From sequence record NC_073056.1: a stretch of DNA of 46,017 nucleotides, one strand, 5' to 3'. Position 1 is the first letter of the stretch. The number at the start of each line of letters is the position of its first letter. A model generated the notes under the pieces. It was given only the letters and a program-made list of their open reading frames with translations, was not told the origin of the DNA and made no database searches. Source of the stretch: Escherichia phage rolling. The position numbers and the translations under genes were made by a program. Positions 16,370 through 25,380 of the stretch are shown piece by piece.

Positions 16370-17013
16370 AACTGATATTCCGCAATAAACATAATGGGCG
16401 ATTCCTTACCCCGATCGAAGTGCTGCCGAACTATGTGCGCATGTACCATGAGCCGAGCGACCGCGTATTCTGGTACAAGAAATCCGGCCTACATAAACAT
16501 TTGCAGGTTGTGCATCACGACGTGCGGGTCGGGGATGTGCTGCGTGATAGCAACGACGGCAAACTGTTCGTAGCCCAGCGCGTTAGTACTGTCAGCGTTA
16601 AACTGCAAAGCCGCAATACACAGCGCGTCGTACCGCCCGAAGGCTTAATTAACTTCACTCGCGTAGGTCGGAACTATTTGCTTAAGCAGTTCAAGCGCCA
16701 CGACGCCGTGGCGAAAGATATTACCCGTACGGAGCACCCATATACCAAATACGATGCCAGTCAGGCTAACGCGCGCATGAATGCCGCCATGCGCGACCTG
16801 ATTGACAAGCAGTATGCTGTTCGCCAGGCTAACGACGACGCGAAGAGCTACGGCGTTGGATTCATCCGGGTAGAACGAGACGGCAGTATGACGTCCATCG
16901 ACCCGCGCTCGACCCAACTGAAGATAGTCGAAGTGAGCAAATGTTGCCGGGCAGAAGTTGTGCGCGACCCCGGCGGGCAAGCCTTCTGTCGCGAGTGTGC
17001 GGGTGTGATATGA
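16366..17013 (+). CDS. Hypothetical protein (215 aa) with C-terminal Cys-rich zinc-ribbon-like motif
   Basis: ORF track; ATG with GGAG RBS; C-terminus CCRAEV...CRECAG. Confidence 0.7.
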   Translation: MKLIFRNKHNGRFLTPIEVLPNYVRMYHEPSDRVFWYKKSGLHKHLQVVHHDVRVGDVLRDSNDGKLFVAQRVSTVSVKLQSRNTQRVVPPEGLINFTRVGRNYLLKQFKRHDAVAKDITRTEHPYTKYDASQANARMNAAMRDLIDKQYAVRQANDDAKSYGVGFIRVERDGSMTSIDPRSTQLKIVEVSKCCRAEVVRDPGGQAFCRECAGVI

Positions 17014-17150
17014 GCGCAACCATCCGTGATATGCTTATGCACAACCGTTTTGAGATAGGCGGTCGGGTGTTTCGCAATTACTTCGTGGCGCGTGCCTGGG
17101 CGCGCCATATTGGCAAACCAGAGGGGGCAATACGATGCTACACGATTTGA
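17010..17150 (+). CDS. Hypothetical small protein (46 aa)
   Basis: Internal ATG (M24 of track ORF 16941..17150) in ATGA overlap with upstream stop. Confidence 0.4.
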   Translation: MSATIRDMLMHNRFEIGGRVFRNYFVARAWARHIGKPEGAIRCYTI

Positions 17151-17422
17151 TATTTTGGTTTGGTTTGGGGTGTGCGTCACTCTTTGCTATGGTGCTGGCG
17201 CTGTTGATTTGGATCTTTCTGGTATGGCCCGCGGTGGAAGCCGCCAGCATTACCCGGATGACGTTCCAGATATACAAGCGCCGAGGCATAACGGAACACC
17301 CGACCAGGTTGCGCATGTGGTGGCTATGGTATCGGGATATGATAGGGGGCAGGATGTTCGAGGCCGTCCGATCGGAAGGGTGGGAATGGAAAGGCGTCGG
17401 CAAGTGGTCCATTTTCGATTAA
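17135..17422 (+). CDS. Membrane protein (95 aa)
   Basis: ORF track; hydrophobic N-terminus FWFGLGCASLFAMVLALLIWIFLVW. Confidence 0.5.
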   Translation: MLHDLIFWFGLGCASLFAMVLALLIWIFLVWPAVEAASITRMTFQIYKRRGITEHPTRLRMWWLWYRDMIGGRMFEAVRSEGWEWKGVGKWSIFD

Positions 17423-17439
17423 TTATGCAAGCGTGATAT

Positions 17440-17474
17440 AGTCCCAGTGAGCTAAAACTTACTGGGACTTTTTT
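17440..17474 (+). terminator. Intrinsic terminator abutting the holin start codon
   Basis: 9-bp stem AGTCCCAGT/ACTGGGACT, 12-nt loop, T5 tract ending 1 nt before ATG 17475. Confidence 0.55.
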
Positions 17475-17765
17475 ATGGATAAGCTAAACGAGTGGTTATT
17501 CGCCCTCGCGTGTCTGGCGGGTGGCTTTGTTGGCGCCCGCATTCACGGCGAGGCTACGAAAGGGCCGCTAAACTTCGTTTTATATATCGTGGTCGGCTTC
17601 TTGTGCGCCGTGTTTGGGGCACCAGCTATTGCCGAGTGGTTTAATCTAACCGGACCGAGAACTGTCGCCGGTCTTGGCTTCGTAACGGCAATCTTCTGGA
17701 TGCCGGTCGCCGCCAGAATCCGTGAAGCAATCTCCTCGTTCCGTCTGCCGGGGAATGCAAAATGA
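17475..17765 (+). CDS. Putative holin (96 aa, multi-TM)
   Basis: Hydrophobic helices; sits directly upstream of endolysin. Confidence 0.55.
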   Translation: MDKLNEWLFALACLAGGFVGARIHGEATKGPLNFVLYIVVGFLCAVFGAPAIAEWFNLTGPRTVAGLGFVTAIFWMPVAARIREAISSFRLPGNAK

Positions 17766-18001
17766 TTATCGCCATCCTGTTATTAGTGATCGGGGCTTCG
17801 TCGCTGTATAACGTATACGCGCCATCCGTCCAGGATGGCATTTGCGGACGGGTGCTCTACCTGCTTACAGCAATGACCTGTATTATTGGCCTGATGCAAA
17901 CGGGGGGCGTATCGAATACAGTCTGGTCCGTGCTAATCTGGCTATTCGCATTACGCACACTGCGTAATGCTGTTTTAAATGGGGTAAAACATGCGATTTA
18001 G
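17762..18001 (+). CDS. Membrane protein, putative holin/antiholin partner (79 aa)
   Basis: Two or three predicted TM helices; ATG with GGGGA RBS; overlaps flanking genes. Confidence 0.5.
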   Translation: MIIAILLLVIGASSLYNVYAPSVQDGICGRVLYLLTAMTCIIGLMQTGGVSNTVWSVLIWLFALRTLRNAVLNGVKHAI

Positions 18002-18482
18002 TGACAACGGTCTAAGATTTACGGCAGCGTGGGAGTCGTTCAGCCCAGTGCCGTATTTCGCGACTAAGAAGGAGCAGGCCCGCGGCTTGTACACCTGGGG
18101 CTACGGTCATACTGGCACTAATCCGCCACAGAGCATTACCCGCGCGGAAGCGCTGGAGCTACTCAAGCGTGATGTGGCGTATGCCGAGAACTGGGTGAAC
18201 AAGTACGCACACCCGAGCATCAATCAGGCGCAATTCGACGCGCTGGTGGATCTGGTAATCAATGCCGGTCAAGGTCCGATCGTACCGGATAACATTGCCA
18301 ATGACTTCGATGACGCGGTGCGCCTTGGTGATTGGGCCAAAGTCCGTGCTACGCTGCCGCAGTTCCGCAAGCAAGGCGGTGAAGTGCTCAAGGGCCTGGT
18401 ACGTCGTGCAATCGGCAGACAGGCGCTATTCGATGGTAAGCAGTGGGACGTTGCCGAGAAAATCGGTCGTAACGCGGCATAA
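17991..18482 (+). CDS. Endolysin, lysozyme-like (GH24-type)
   Basis: GLYTWGYGHTG and FDALVDLVINAG resemble phage lysozyme motifs; follows holin genes. Confidence 0.8.
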   Translation: MRFSDNGLRFTAAWESFSPVPYFATKKEQARGLYTWGYGHTGTNPPQSITRAEALELLKRDVAYAENWVNKYAHPSINQAQFDALVDLVINAGQGPIVPDNIANDFDDAVRLGDWAKVRATLPQFRKQGGEVLKGLVRRAIGRQALFDGKQWDVAEKIGRNAA

Positions 18483-18498
18483 TAAGAGGAAACACAGT

Positions 18499-18666
18499 AT
18501 GTTAAAAAGTATTCTTGATCATAACGCGAACGCACTTGCCGCACTGGCTAAAACGGAAGACCCAGGCGCGCGCGCCATTATCGCGGACACTATCAGTCAT
18601 GCGGGTGTCTTTGACGCGAAGCTGCCAAGCCCGCCACCGCCGGAAGAACCAGGCCCAGCGGCATAA
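18499..18666 (+). CDS. Hypothetical small protein (55 aa, Pro-rich C-terminus)
   Basis: Internal ATG (M80 of track ORF 18262..18666) with AGAGGA RBS. Confidence 0.45.
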   Translation: MLKSILDHNANALAALAKTEDPGARAIIADTISHAGVFDAKLPSPPPPEEPGPAA

Positions 18667-18671
18667 ACACG

Positions 18672-18697
18672 AAGCCCGGTTAATTCCGGGCTTTTTA
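18672..18697 (+). terminator. Intrinsic terminator
   Basis: AAGCCCGG-TTAATT-CCGGGCTT followed by T5. Confidence 0.65.
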
Positions 18698-18762
18698 TTG
18701 CTTGACTTGCAACCAACATAAGGGCCATACTGCAACCAATCAACGAGAAGGAGTAACACACT

Positions 18763-18843
18763 ATGACACGCAATGATATTTATGTACTGGCAATCTGGTC
18801 CGCCGCCGCATTCATCGGTATGGTTATTTGCGAATTGCTATAG
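18763..18843 (+). CDS. Putative 26-aa hydrophobic peptide
   Basis: ATG with AAGGAG RBS at ideal spacing; MTRNDIYVLAIWSAAAFIGMVICELL; below track cutoff. Confidence 0.3.
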   Translation: MTRNDIYVLAIWSAAAFIGMVICELL

Positions 18844-18904
18844 CCCGCCGCCATAAGGACCGTGGTATATTGTCCCCGGACCCATAATCAGGAAGTAAAT
18901 TAAT

Positions 18905-20047
18905 ATGCACCCTCAAACTAAAATTACCGACGAGCAATTGATCGCTGAATTGCAATCTGGCACTACCTCGAAAGATATTGCGAAGAAATACGGCATTGCA
19001 CTTCGTAATGTCTATATGCGCAAAGCCCGCCTGTCGAAGAAAGGTATTGGACACGGCAACGATGCTGTAATCCGTAAGCGCGTTGCCGATGGCTTCGGCG
19101 TTAAGCGTGTATCCGCCCTGGTGCGTGGCAATGGCGAGGAGGTAATGTCCTGGGTCATCACCGAGCAGGACAAGGAGCGCCAACTCGAAGCAATGCGCGC
19201 CGTTGTCGAGGGCATGAATAGCGAAATCACACCGGCAGCACCAGTGAGCGCTCCGCCAGTCCCGATCCAGGCGCTTGACCTGCTTAACCTGTATACCGTG
19301 TCTGACTTCCACCTGGGAATGTTGGCGTGGGGCGAGGAAACTGGCGAAGACTGGGATATGGCAATCGCCGAAGACCTTTTTTACCGCTGGTTTGTCGAGG
19401 CCTTCGCACGCGCACCGGACGCTGGCACTGCCGTTATCAATATCCTCGGTGATATGGCTCATTTTGATAGCCTTGATGCCGTCACGCCAGCCAGTGGTCA
19501 TGTACTGGATGCCGATACCCGCTACCAGAAGTTGGTCCGCTACATGATTCGCATGGTGCGCAACGTGGTTGAACTGGCGCTGCAAAAACACCATAAGGTC
19601 AAACTGCTAATCGTCCAGGGTAATCATGATGAGTCCGGTATGATTTGGCTGGCTGAGATGTTTAATACCCTGTACGAGAACGAGCCGCGCGTCGATGTGG
19701 ACACGTCCCCGGACGTATACAAAATGGTGCAGCACGGTAAAACAACGCTGTTCTTCCACCACGGACACAAAGCACGCTTTGACGCTATCGAGCCGGTCAT
19801 GATTTCTAAATTCAGACAGGCTTTCGGGTCCAGTGAGTACAGCTACGCGCACGTAGGCCACTTGCACCACCAAAAGATTGTAGAATCCCGCAACATGATT
19901 GTTGAACAGCACCGGACCCTTGCCGCGAAAGATGCATATGCAAGCCGCGGCGGTTGGCTGTCCGGTCGTAGTGCAAACGTCATCACCTATAGCGCCAACT
20001 ACGGCGAAGTAGCGCGCTTAACCATTAGCCCGGAAATGTTGAAATGA
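18905..20047 (+). CDS. HTH domain fused to calcineurin-like metallophosphoesterase
   Basis: N-terminal HTH TSKDIAKKYGIALRNVYMRKARL; phosphoesterase motifs GDMAHFD, QGNHDE, HHGHK, HVGHLHH. Confidence 0.75.
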   Translation: MHPQTKITDEQLIAELQSGTTSKDIAKKYGIALRNVYMRKARLSKKGIGHGNDAVIRKRVADGFGVKRVSALVRGNGEEVMSWVITEQDKERQLEAMRAVVEGMNSEITPAAPVSAPPVPIQALDLLNLYTVSDFHLGMLAWGEETGEDWDMAIAEDLFYRWFVEAFARAPDAGTAVINILGDMAHFDSLDAVTPASGHVLDADTRYQKLVRYMIRMVRNVVELALQKHHKVKLLIVQGNHDESGMIWLAEMFNTLYENEPRVDVDTSPDVYKMVQHGKTTLFFHHGHKARFDAIEPVMISKFRQAFGSSEYSYAHVGHLHHQKIVESRNMIVEQHRTLAAKDAYASRGGWLSGRSANVITYSANYGEVARLTISPEMLK

Positions 20048-20256
20048 TTAGACAAGTATTCATGAGCACGCAGGCCACCCGCCTGAAAGAACTACGCAAA
20101 CAACTCGAAGGCTTGCGCCGATTCGAACGAACGGCAGCGGCAGTCGGTATGTCGATGGATGAGCGAATCGAGATACTGTCGCAAATACGATACACAGAAG
20201 GCGCGATAAGCGAAGTACAAAGCATGTTAACCCGATACTACGGGCGCGCCGTTTAA
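20044..20256 (+). CDS. Hypothetical protein (70 aa)
   Basis: ORF track; ATGA overlap with upstream gene. Confidence 0.55.
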   Translation: MIRQVFMSTQATRLKELRKQLEGLRRFERTAAAVGMSMDERIEILSQIRYTEGAISEVQSMLTRYYGRAV

Positions 20257-20274
20257 ACCCCGCAGCCTGCCGAT

Positions 20275-20303
20275 TTGGTGGGCTTTTTTGTGCCTGTTAT
20301 AAT
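20275..20303 (+). promoter_or_regulatory. Sigma70-like promoter with extended -10 (TTGGTG-N17-TGTTATAAT) upstream of terminase genes
   Basis: Consensus TATAAT at 20298-20303 preceded by TG; weak -35 TTGGTG 20275-20280. Confidence 0.45.
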
Positions 20304-20373
20304 CCCCCTTAGATGGCAGGGCCGTCTCCTATGTTGCCGATGGTCGGCGCATATGCACAAAAGGGCTTATATC

Positions 20374-20925
20374 ATGGCAGAAATCAAAGTTAAGGGCCGA
20401 CGCGCCAAACTGGACGGACGAGTGGCAGTTACCCCGCGCCGTAAACCAGGCGAGCAAACAGAACACACCAATCTTGGACCTGAGATCGAATACGGCAAAC
20501 GTCGTAAAGGCGGCAAATGTGGACGCCCGACCGACTACCGCACCGTATATTGTGACCAGCTTCGCCGCTATTTTGCTGATGCCGTAGCTTGGCAGATCAA
20601 CTACTCCGACAAGGGCGCTGCGCAAGTAATCCCTCACAACAAGATGCCGACTCTCGGTCGCTTTGCCGCGGATATTGGCGTTGGCATCGCTTGCCTGTAC
20701 CGCTGGGCGCGCGCACATGAGGAGTTCGCCGAAGCGATGGCGGACGCTATGGAGTTGCAGAAAACTTTCCTGATGGAAGCTGGCGGCGTGACCATCGCGG
20801 CGGGCTTCGCAACGTTCCTGCTTAAAGCCAACCACGGCATTCGTGACGATGCTCCGCTGGATGACGACGAAGATGATAACGGCGACGTCGTTGTCGAACC
20901 TACCGGCAAAGGCCAGGGTGAGTAA
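20374..20925 (+). CDS. Terminase small subunit
   Basis: Internal ATG (M34) with RBS; HTH-like MPTLGRFAADIGVGIACLYRWARAHEEF; immediately precedes TerL (TAATG overlap). Confidence 0.7.
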   Translation: MAEIKVKGRRAKLDGRVAVTPRRKPGEQTEHTNLGPEIEYGKRRKGGKCGRPTDYRTVYCDQLRRYFADAVAWQINYSDKGAAQVIPHNKMPTLGRFAADIGVGIACLYRWARAHEEFAEAMADAMELQKTFLMEAGGVTIAAGFATFLLKANHGIRDDAPLDDDEDDNGDVVVEPTGKGQGE

Positions 20926-22310
20926 TGCGTAACTATGCGGCAGAACACCGCGCACTCGAACGCTCGATCGCAAAGCGCAACCGACCTCCACGCCCTACGC
21001 GCGTTGCGCAGGCCGTCCGTCTGTATCAGCCTGATTGCCTACCGCACCAGGTGGAACTACTGCGCGACACGAAGACCAAAATCCTCGGCCTTTGCTCCGG
21101 CTTCGGTGGCGGCAAGTCGTGGGTTGCGGCACGTAAGGTCATCCAGCTTCTCACACTTAACCCTGGTCATGATGGCATCGTGACAGAACCGACTATTCCA
21201 CTCCTGGTTAAAATCATGTACCCGGAGCTTGAGAAGGCTTTCGATGAGGCTGGATTCCGGTGGAAGTTCAACAAGCAGGACAAGATTTACAGCGTGCTGG
21301 TGAAAGGCAAGTGGACCCGCGTTATCTGCGAGTCAATGGAGAACTACACCCGCCTTATCGGGGTTAACGCCGCGTGGATTGTTGCCGATGAGTTCGACAC
21401 CACGAAGCAAGACGTCGCAATGGCGGCGTATCACAAATTGCTCGGTCGTCTGCGTGCGGGCCTGGTGCGCCAGTTTGTCATCGTATCCACGCCGGAAGGC
21501 TTCCGGGCGATGTATCAGATTTTCGAAGTGGAGAAGGATAGCCAAAAACGTTTGATCAGGGCAAAGACTACCGACAACCACCACTTACCGGCAGACTTTA
21601 TCGACACGCTGCGAAGCCAGTACCCGGCAAACCTGATTGACGCATACCTGAACGGCCTGTTTGTCAACCTTACGTCTGGCGCGGTCTATAAGATGTTTAA
21701 CCGAGAAGAGAACGCCAGCACCGAGGAAGTGCATCCGGATGATACGCTGATTATCGGTATGGACTTTAACGTCACTAAAATGGCGGCGGTTGTGTACGTC
21801 AGACGGCAGCGCACTATCGAGAACAAGGAGTTCCGCGACGAGATTCACGCAGTGGATGAATTTGTGGACCTGTTTGATACCCCGGCTATGATTGAGGCGA
21901 TCGAGGAGCGCTACCCGGAACATTGTGCTGCCGGTCGGGTCGTCGTTTACCCGGATAGCAGTGGCAAGTCGCGTAAGACTGTTAACGCGTCGTCGTCCGA
22001 TATCGCGCAACTGGAAGACGCTGGCTTTGAGGTGGAGTATGACAGCGTTAACCCGCCCGTGAAAGACAGATTGATCGCGATGAATACGATGATGTGCAAC
22101 TCGAAGGGCGTGCGCCAGTATTTTGTCAACCTGGATAAATGCCCTACACTAGCGAAATGTCTGGAACAGCAGGTTTATGACCTGAAGAAAGGCGAGCCGG
22201 ATAAAACCGCCGGTGTGGACCACATGAACGATGCCGCGGGCTACCCTGTTGCGCACCTGTTCCCAGTGATTCGACCTATCGCCGTTGTTCCATCTGTAGA
22301 CTTCTACTAA
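20925..22310 (+). CDS. Terminase large subunit
   Basis: Walker A LGLCSGFGGGKSW; size and position before portal. Confidence 0.85.
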   Translation: MRNYAAEHRALERSIAKRNRPPRPTRVAQAVRLYQPDCLPHQVELLRDTKTKILGLCSGFGGGKSWVAARKVIQLLTLNPGHDGIVTEPTIPLLVKIMYPELEKAFDEAGFRWKFNKQDKIYSVLVKGKWTRVICESMENYTRLIGVNAAWIVADEFDTTKQDVAMAAYHKLLGRLRAGLVRQFVIVSTPEGFRAMYQIFEVEKDSQKRLIRAKTTDNHHLPADFIDTLRSQYPANLIDAYLNGLFVNLTSGAVYKMFNREENASTEEVHPDDTLIIGMDFNVTKMAAVVYVRRQRTIENKEFRDEIHAVDEFVDLFDTPAMIEAIEERYPEHCAAGRVVVYPDSSGKSRKTVNASSSDIAQLEDAGFEVEYDSVNPPVKDRLIAMNTMMCNSKGVRQYFVNLDKCPTLAKCLEQQVYDLKKGEPDKTAGVDHMNDAAGYPVAHLFPVIRPIAVVPSVDFY

Positions 22311-22320
22311 GGAAACGACC

Positions 22321-23841
22321 ATGACCGTTAACGTTGACAACCAGCACCCACTCTATGCGCGCATCGCGCAGGAGTGGAAAATGATCCGGGATTGCGTAGC
22401 GGGGGAGTGCGCCGTGAAGGCGTGCGGCCCCTTGTACCTGCCACATCCCGCCAGTGGCGATAATACCGACCCGAAAGCACGGGCGCGATATAAGGCGTAT
22501 AAGCAACGCGCTGTATTCCTGAACGCCACCGCACGCACGCTTAATGCGCTGTTAGGCGTCGCCTTCGCTAAGCCGGTAAGTCTGGACCTTTCCGGGGCGA
22601 TGGCTGACCTGATTGATGACGTAGACGGCAGCGGAATGCCACTGCCGCAACTCCTGCGCGGTGCTATGTCGGAAGTGCTGCAATCGGGCCGCGCGGGCTT
22701 TATGGTGGACTACGACCGCCAGGCTAACTTTGATGAACTGGGTAACGTAGTGCCGCAGACCGCCGCCGAGATGGCGACGCACCGCCCGCTTATCCGCCTG
22801 TATACGGCAGAACAGATCATCAACTGGCGGCAGACCCACGGGATTGACACGCTAATCGTGCTGAAGGAAACGGACGAAATCAGCACCGAAGACCCGGACG
22901 ACTTTGCAAACCACGAAGTAACGATCTGGACTGAATTGCGCATGATTAACGGCGCAGCACACGCCCGCCGCTGGTTTTACAACGCAGACACGTCCGAGGT
23001 GCAGATGGATTTGCCGCGTGGCTTCACCCGCACCGAGCTTGTGCCGCTGGTGGATGCTGCCGGTCGAGCGCTTACTCAACTGCCATTTTGCTGGTGCGGT
23101 GCGGTGGACAACAACGCAACGCCTGACGCCGCGCCGCTGGCGGATATTGCATCCATCAACATTAAGCATTACAACGCTGAGGCGGACGTTGCCGAGATCG
23201 CGCACATCGTGGGTCAGCCTACCCTTGTCGCCACGGGCTTGACTCAATCATGGGCCGACAAAAACCTGAAGGGCGGGATTGCTCTCGGCGCGACTAAGGG
23301 TGTTATCCTGGGCCAGAACATGGACGCTAAACTGATTCAGGCCGAGGAGCGCAACTTGTCTGTTGCACTTTGTGAGCGCCGCGAATTGCAGATGGCTAAA
23401 CTGGGCGCGGCCCTGGTTGAGAAGGGGACCGCACCCAAGACGGCAACTGAAGCGGCATACGATGCGCAGACTGACAATAGTATCCTGTCGCTCATTGCAG
23501 GTAACGTTGAGAAGGCTTTCAACCGTGCGCTGCAAATCGTCCAGCTATTCACGGGTGATACCGCGGACCAGCGCGTGACGCTGAACAAGTTCTACACCGA
23601 AATCACGGTTGACGCGCAGCTTATGACCGCAATGATGGCTGGTGTGCAGACCGGTACGGTCCGACTGGCTGACTTCATCAAGTGGATGATGGCGCAGGGC
23701 GTTATCGATGACTCGCAAACCGTCGAGCAGGTGGAAGACGAATTGCGAAATCAGAATCCATTGCCTCAAATGTCCCCTGATGCGGTAGAATCTACCGAAG
23801 AAGACCCGGACAAGGTAGCGGACAATGGCGAGAACAATTAA
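22321..23841 (+). CDS. Portal protein
   Basis: 506 aa ORF directly after TerL with AAGGA RBS; acidic C-terminus; call from synteny. Confidence 0.75.
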   Translation: MTVNVDNQHPLYARIAQEWKMIRDCVAGECAVKACGPLYLPHPASGDNTDPKARARYKAYKQRAVFLNATARTLNALLGVAFAKPVSLDLSGAMADLIDDVDGSGMPLPQLLRGAMSEVLQSGRAGFMVDYDRQANFDELGNVVPQTAAEMATHRPLIRLYTAEQIINWRQTHGIDTLIVLKETDEISTEDPDDFANHEVTIWTELRMINGAAHARRWFYNADTSEVQMDLPRGFTRTELVPLVDAAGRALTQLPFCWCGAVDNNATPDAAPLADIASINIKHYNAEADVAEIAHIVGQPTLVATGLTQSWADKNLKGGIALGATKGVILGQNMDAKLIQAEERNLSVALCERRELQMAKLGAALVEKGTAPKTATEAAYDAQTDNSILSLIAGNVEKAFNRALQIVQLFTGDTADQRVTLNKFYTEITVDAQLMTAMMAGVQTGTVRLADFIKWMMAQGVIDDSQTVEQVEDELRNQNPLPQMSPDAVESTEEDPDKVADNGENN

Positions 23842-24928
23842 TCAACATATGGCGGATCGTATGATTCGCCGTCACATCTTCACCCAGCGCCTGAGCAATG
23901 ATCAGGCGCTGCGGGTGTTGGCTATGTGGGAGAAGTTCCGACCCACGTTACTTGGCAAGCTGACCGAGTTACTTGATGGCAAAAAGTCCATGAATAACAA
24001 GGCACTGACCACACTGTTAACGCAAATAGACAAAACCGTCAAAACGGAACTGCGCACCGAGTTTAAGGCGCTGGCTGAAAGCCTTCAGGAGTTTGCCGAC
24101 ACCGAGGCTGATTATCTTGCCGATACATTAACGGCAGCGATCCAGCCTGCGGTAGCCGTACCGGCTGTTGAGGTTGTTGGCGTAGTGACTGGCGCGCAGA
24201 TTGCAGCCACGGCTATGAAAAACCCGTTCCAGGGAAACACCATGATGCAATGGCCTGATTCACTTTCTGAGTGGATCAGGACGCAGATCGGGAATCAGGT
24301 GCGCGCTGGATTCATCCAGGGCAAGCCGACTATGGAAATTATCGCGGACGTAAAGCGCGCTCTCGGCGGTCGTAGCGCGCAAGCTATCTCAAGTGTTGTT
24401 AAGTCCGCAGTAAACCACTATGCGGCGACCGCCCGCGAGTTATTGGTGAAAGCTAATGACGATATTCTCGAAGGTCGCCAATGGTTGGCTACATTGGATA
24501 CGCACACATCACCAATGTGCCAACTACGCGATCGCCTGTTTTATCCTGTTGACGTCACTCCCGACACCAAAGGAAAGCGCGGCGGGAAAGTGGTGGCTGG
24601 ATCACAATATGGCGCTGGTCCGGGCAAGCTACATTATTGCTGCCGTTCGACGGAGACGTGGAAAGTTAAAGGCATGGAAGATTGGCCCAGTGGTAAGCGT
24701 CCGGCACTGAAGGCTGACGCGGGTCGATTGCTGAGTGAGCAGGTCGACGCTCAGACTGATTTCTTCTCATGGGTGCAGCGCCAGCCGCGCCATATTCTGG
24801 AGGAATTATATGGGGTGCAGCGCGCAGACCAGATTATGCGCGGCGTGAAAGTGCCTAAGATGTTCACCGATACCGGCGAACTAATGACTATTGCACAGCT
24901 TAAAAACCGGGGGTTATGGCGTGATTAA
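23825..24928 (+). CDS. Head morphogenesis protein (Mu F / SPP1 gp7-like)
   Basis: Position after portal; conserved-looking HYAATARELL...WLATLDTHTSPMC segment. Confidence 0.75.
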   Translation: MARTINQHMADRMIRRHIFTQRLSNDQALRVLAMWEKFRPTLLGKLTELLDGKKSMNNKALTTLLTQIDKTVKTELRTEFKALAESLQEFADTEADYLADTLTAAIQPAVAVPAVEVVGVVTGAQIAATAMKNPFQGNTMMQWPDSLSEWIRTQIGNQVRAGFIQGKPTMEIIADVKRALGGRSAQAISSVVKSAVNHYAATARELLVKANDDILEGRQWLATLDTHTSPMCQLRDRLFYPVDVTPDTKGKRGGKVVAGSQYGAGPGKLHYCCRSTETWKVKGMEDWPSGKRPALKADAGRLLSEQVDAQTDFFSWVQRQPRHILEELYGVQRADQIMRGVKVPKMFTDTGELMTIAQLKNRGLWRD

Positions 24929-25229
24929 ATATGCGGCTATTGGACTGGTTATCGGTCTGGCGGTTGGATTCTGGCAGGGTGATTCCTACCGCACTGGCGT
25001 TGTGGCGAAAGCGGCGCAAGAAGCGCAAGCGAAAGCCCAACGGCAGCAAACTAAGGTTGTTGAGGGGTCGGTGAAAGCTGAGCAGGCCCGCGACGTGGAA
25101 TACCGGACTATCACGAAAGAGGTTGTAAAATATGTTACGCGTCCTAACCGTCCTGATTGTAGTTTTGATGCTGAGCGCGTGCGGATCAAGCAAAGCGCCA
25201 TCGACGCCGCTAACCGAGTCGGTCTATAG
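24921..25229 (+). CDS. i-spanin (Rz-like)
   Basis: N-terminal TM AAIGLVIGLAVGFW then Ala/Gln-rich coiled coil; start uncertain (in-frame GTG 24921 or track start 24891); contains overlapping o-spanin. Confidence 0.65.
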   Translation: MIKYAAIGLVIGLAVGFWQGDSYRTGVVAKAAQEAQAKAQRQQTKVVEGSVKAEQARDVEYRTITKEVVKYVTRPNRPDCSFDAERVRIKQSAIDAANRVGL

Positions 25230-25362
25230 ACCGCCTTGCACATTTGAGAATGCCTCGGCAGACCCAGACGAAGACTTGCTTGTTGATGTTAAAAATATGG
25301 AGTGCGGATCTAAGCTGCGGGCGCAAGTGCTGGAGTTGCAGAAAATAATTCTGGGGCCGTGA
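25132..25362 (+). CDS. o-spanin (Rz1-like lipoprotein), overlapping Rz in +1 frame
   Basis: Signal peptide with lipobox LSAC, Pro-rich mature part; ATG with AGAGG RBS. Confidence 0.75.
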   Translation: MLRVLTVLIVVLMLSACGSSKAPSTPLTESVYRPPCTFENASADPDEDLLVDVKNMECGSKLRAQVLELQKIILGP

Positions 25363-25379
25363 TGGCCCCCCTTTTGTTA
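25340..25379 (+). terminator. Terminator hairpin, left copy of a 40-bp direct repeat
   Basis: AGAAAATAATTCTGGGGCCGTGATGGCCCC + T-run; GGGGCC/GGCCCC stem, Rz1 stop codon in the loop. Confidence 0.7.
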
Positions 25380-25380
25380 A

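Noticed and set aside
12359-18905. tRNA genes in the larger intergenic regions (12359-12628, 15231-15763, 18667-18904, 32333-32730)
   Set aside because: No cloverleaf-compatible sequence or T-loop (GTTCRANYC) motif found by eye; a tRNA search tool would be needed to rule this out
20251-20290. Terminator upstream of the terminase promoter
   Set aside because: A T6 tract is present, but the preceding stem pairs poorly; too weak to call
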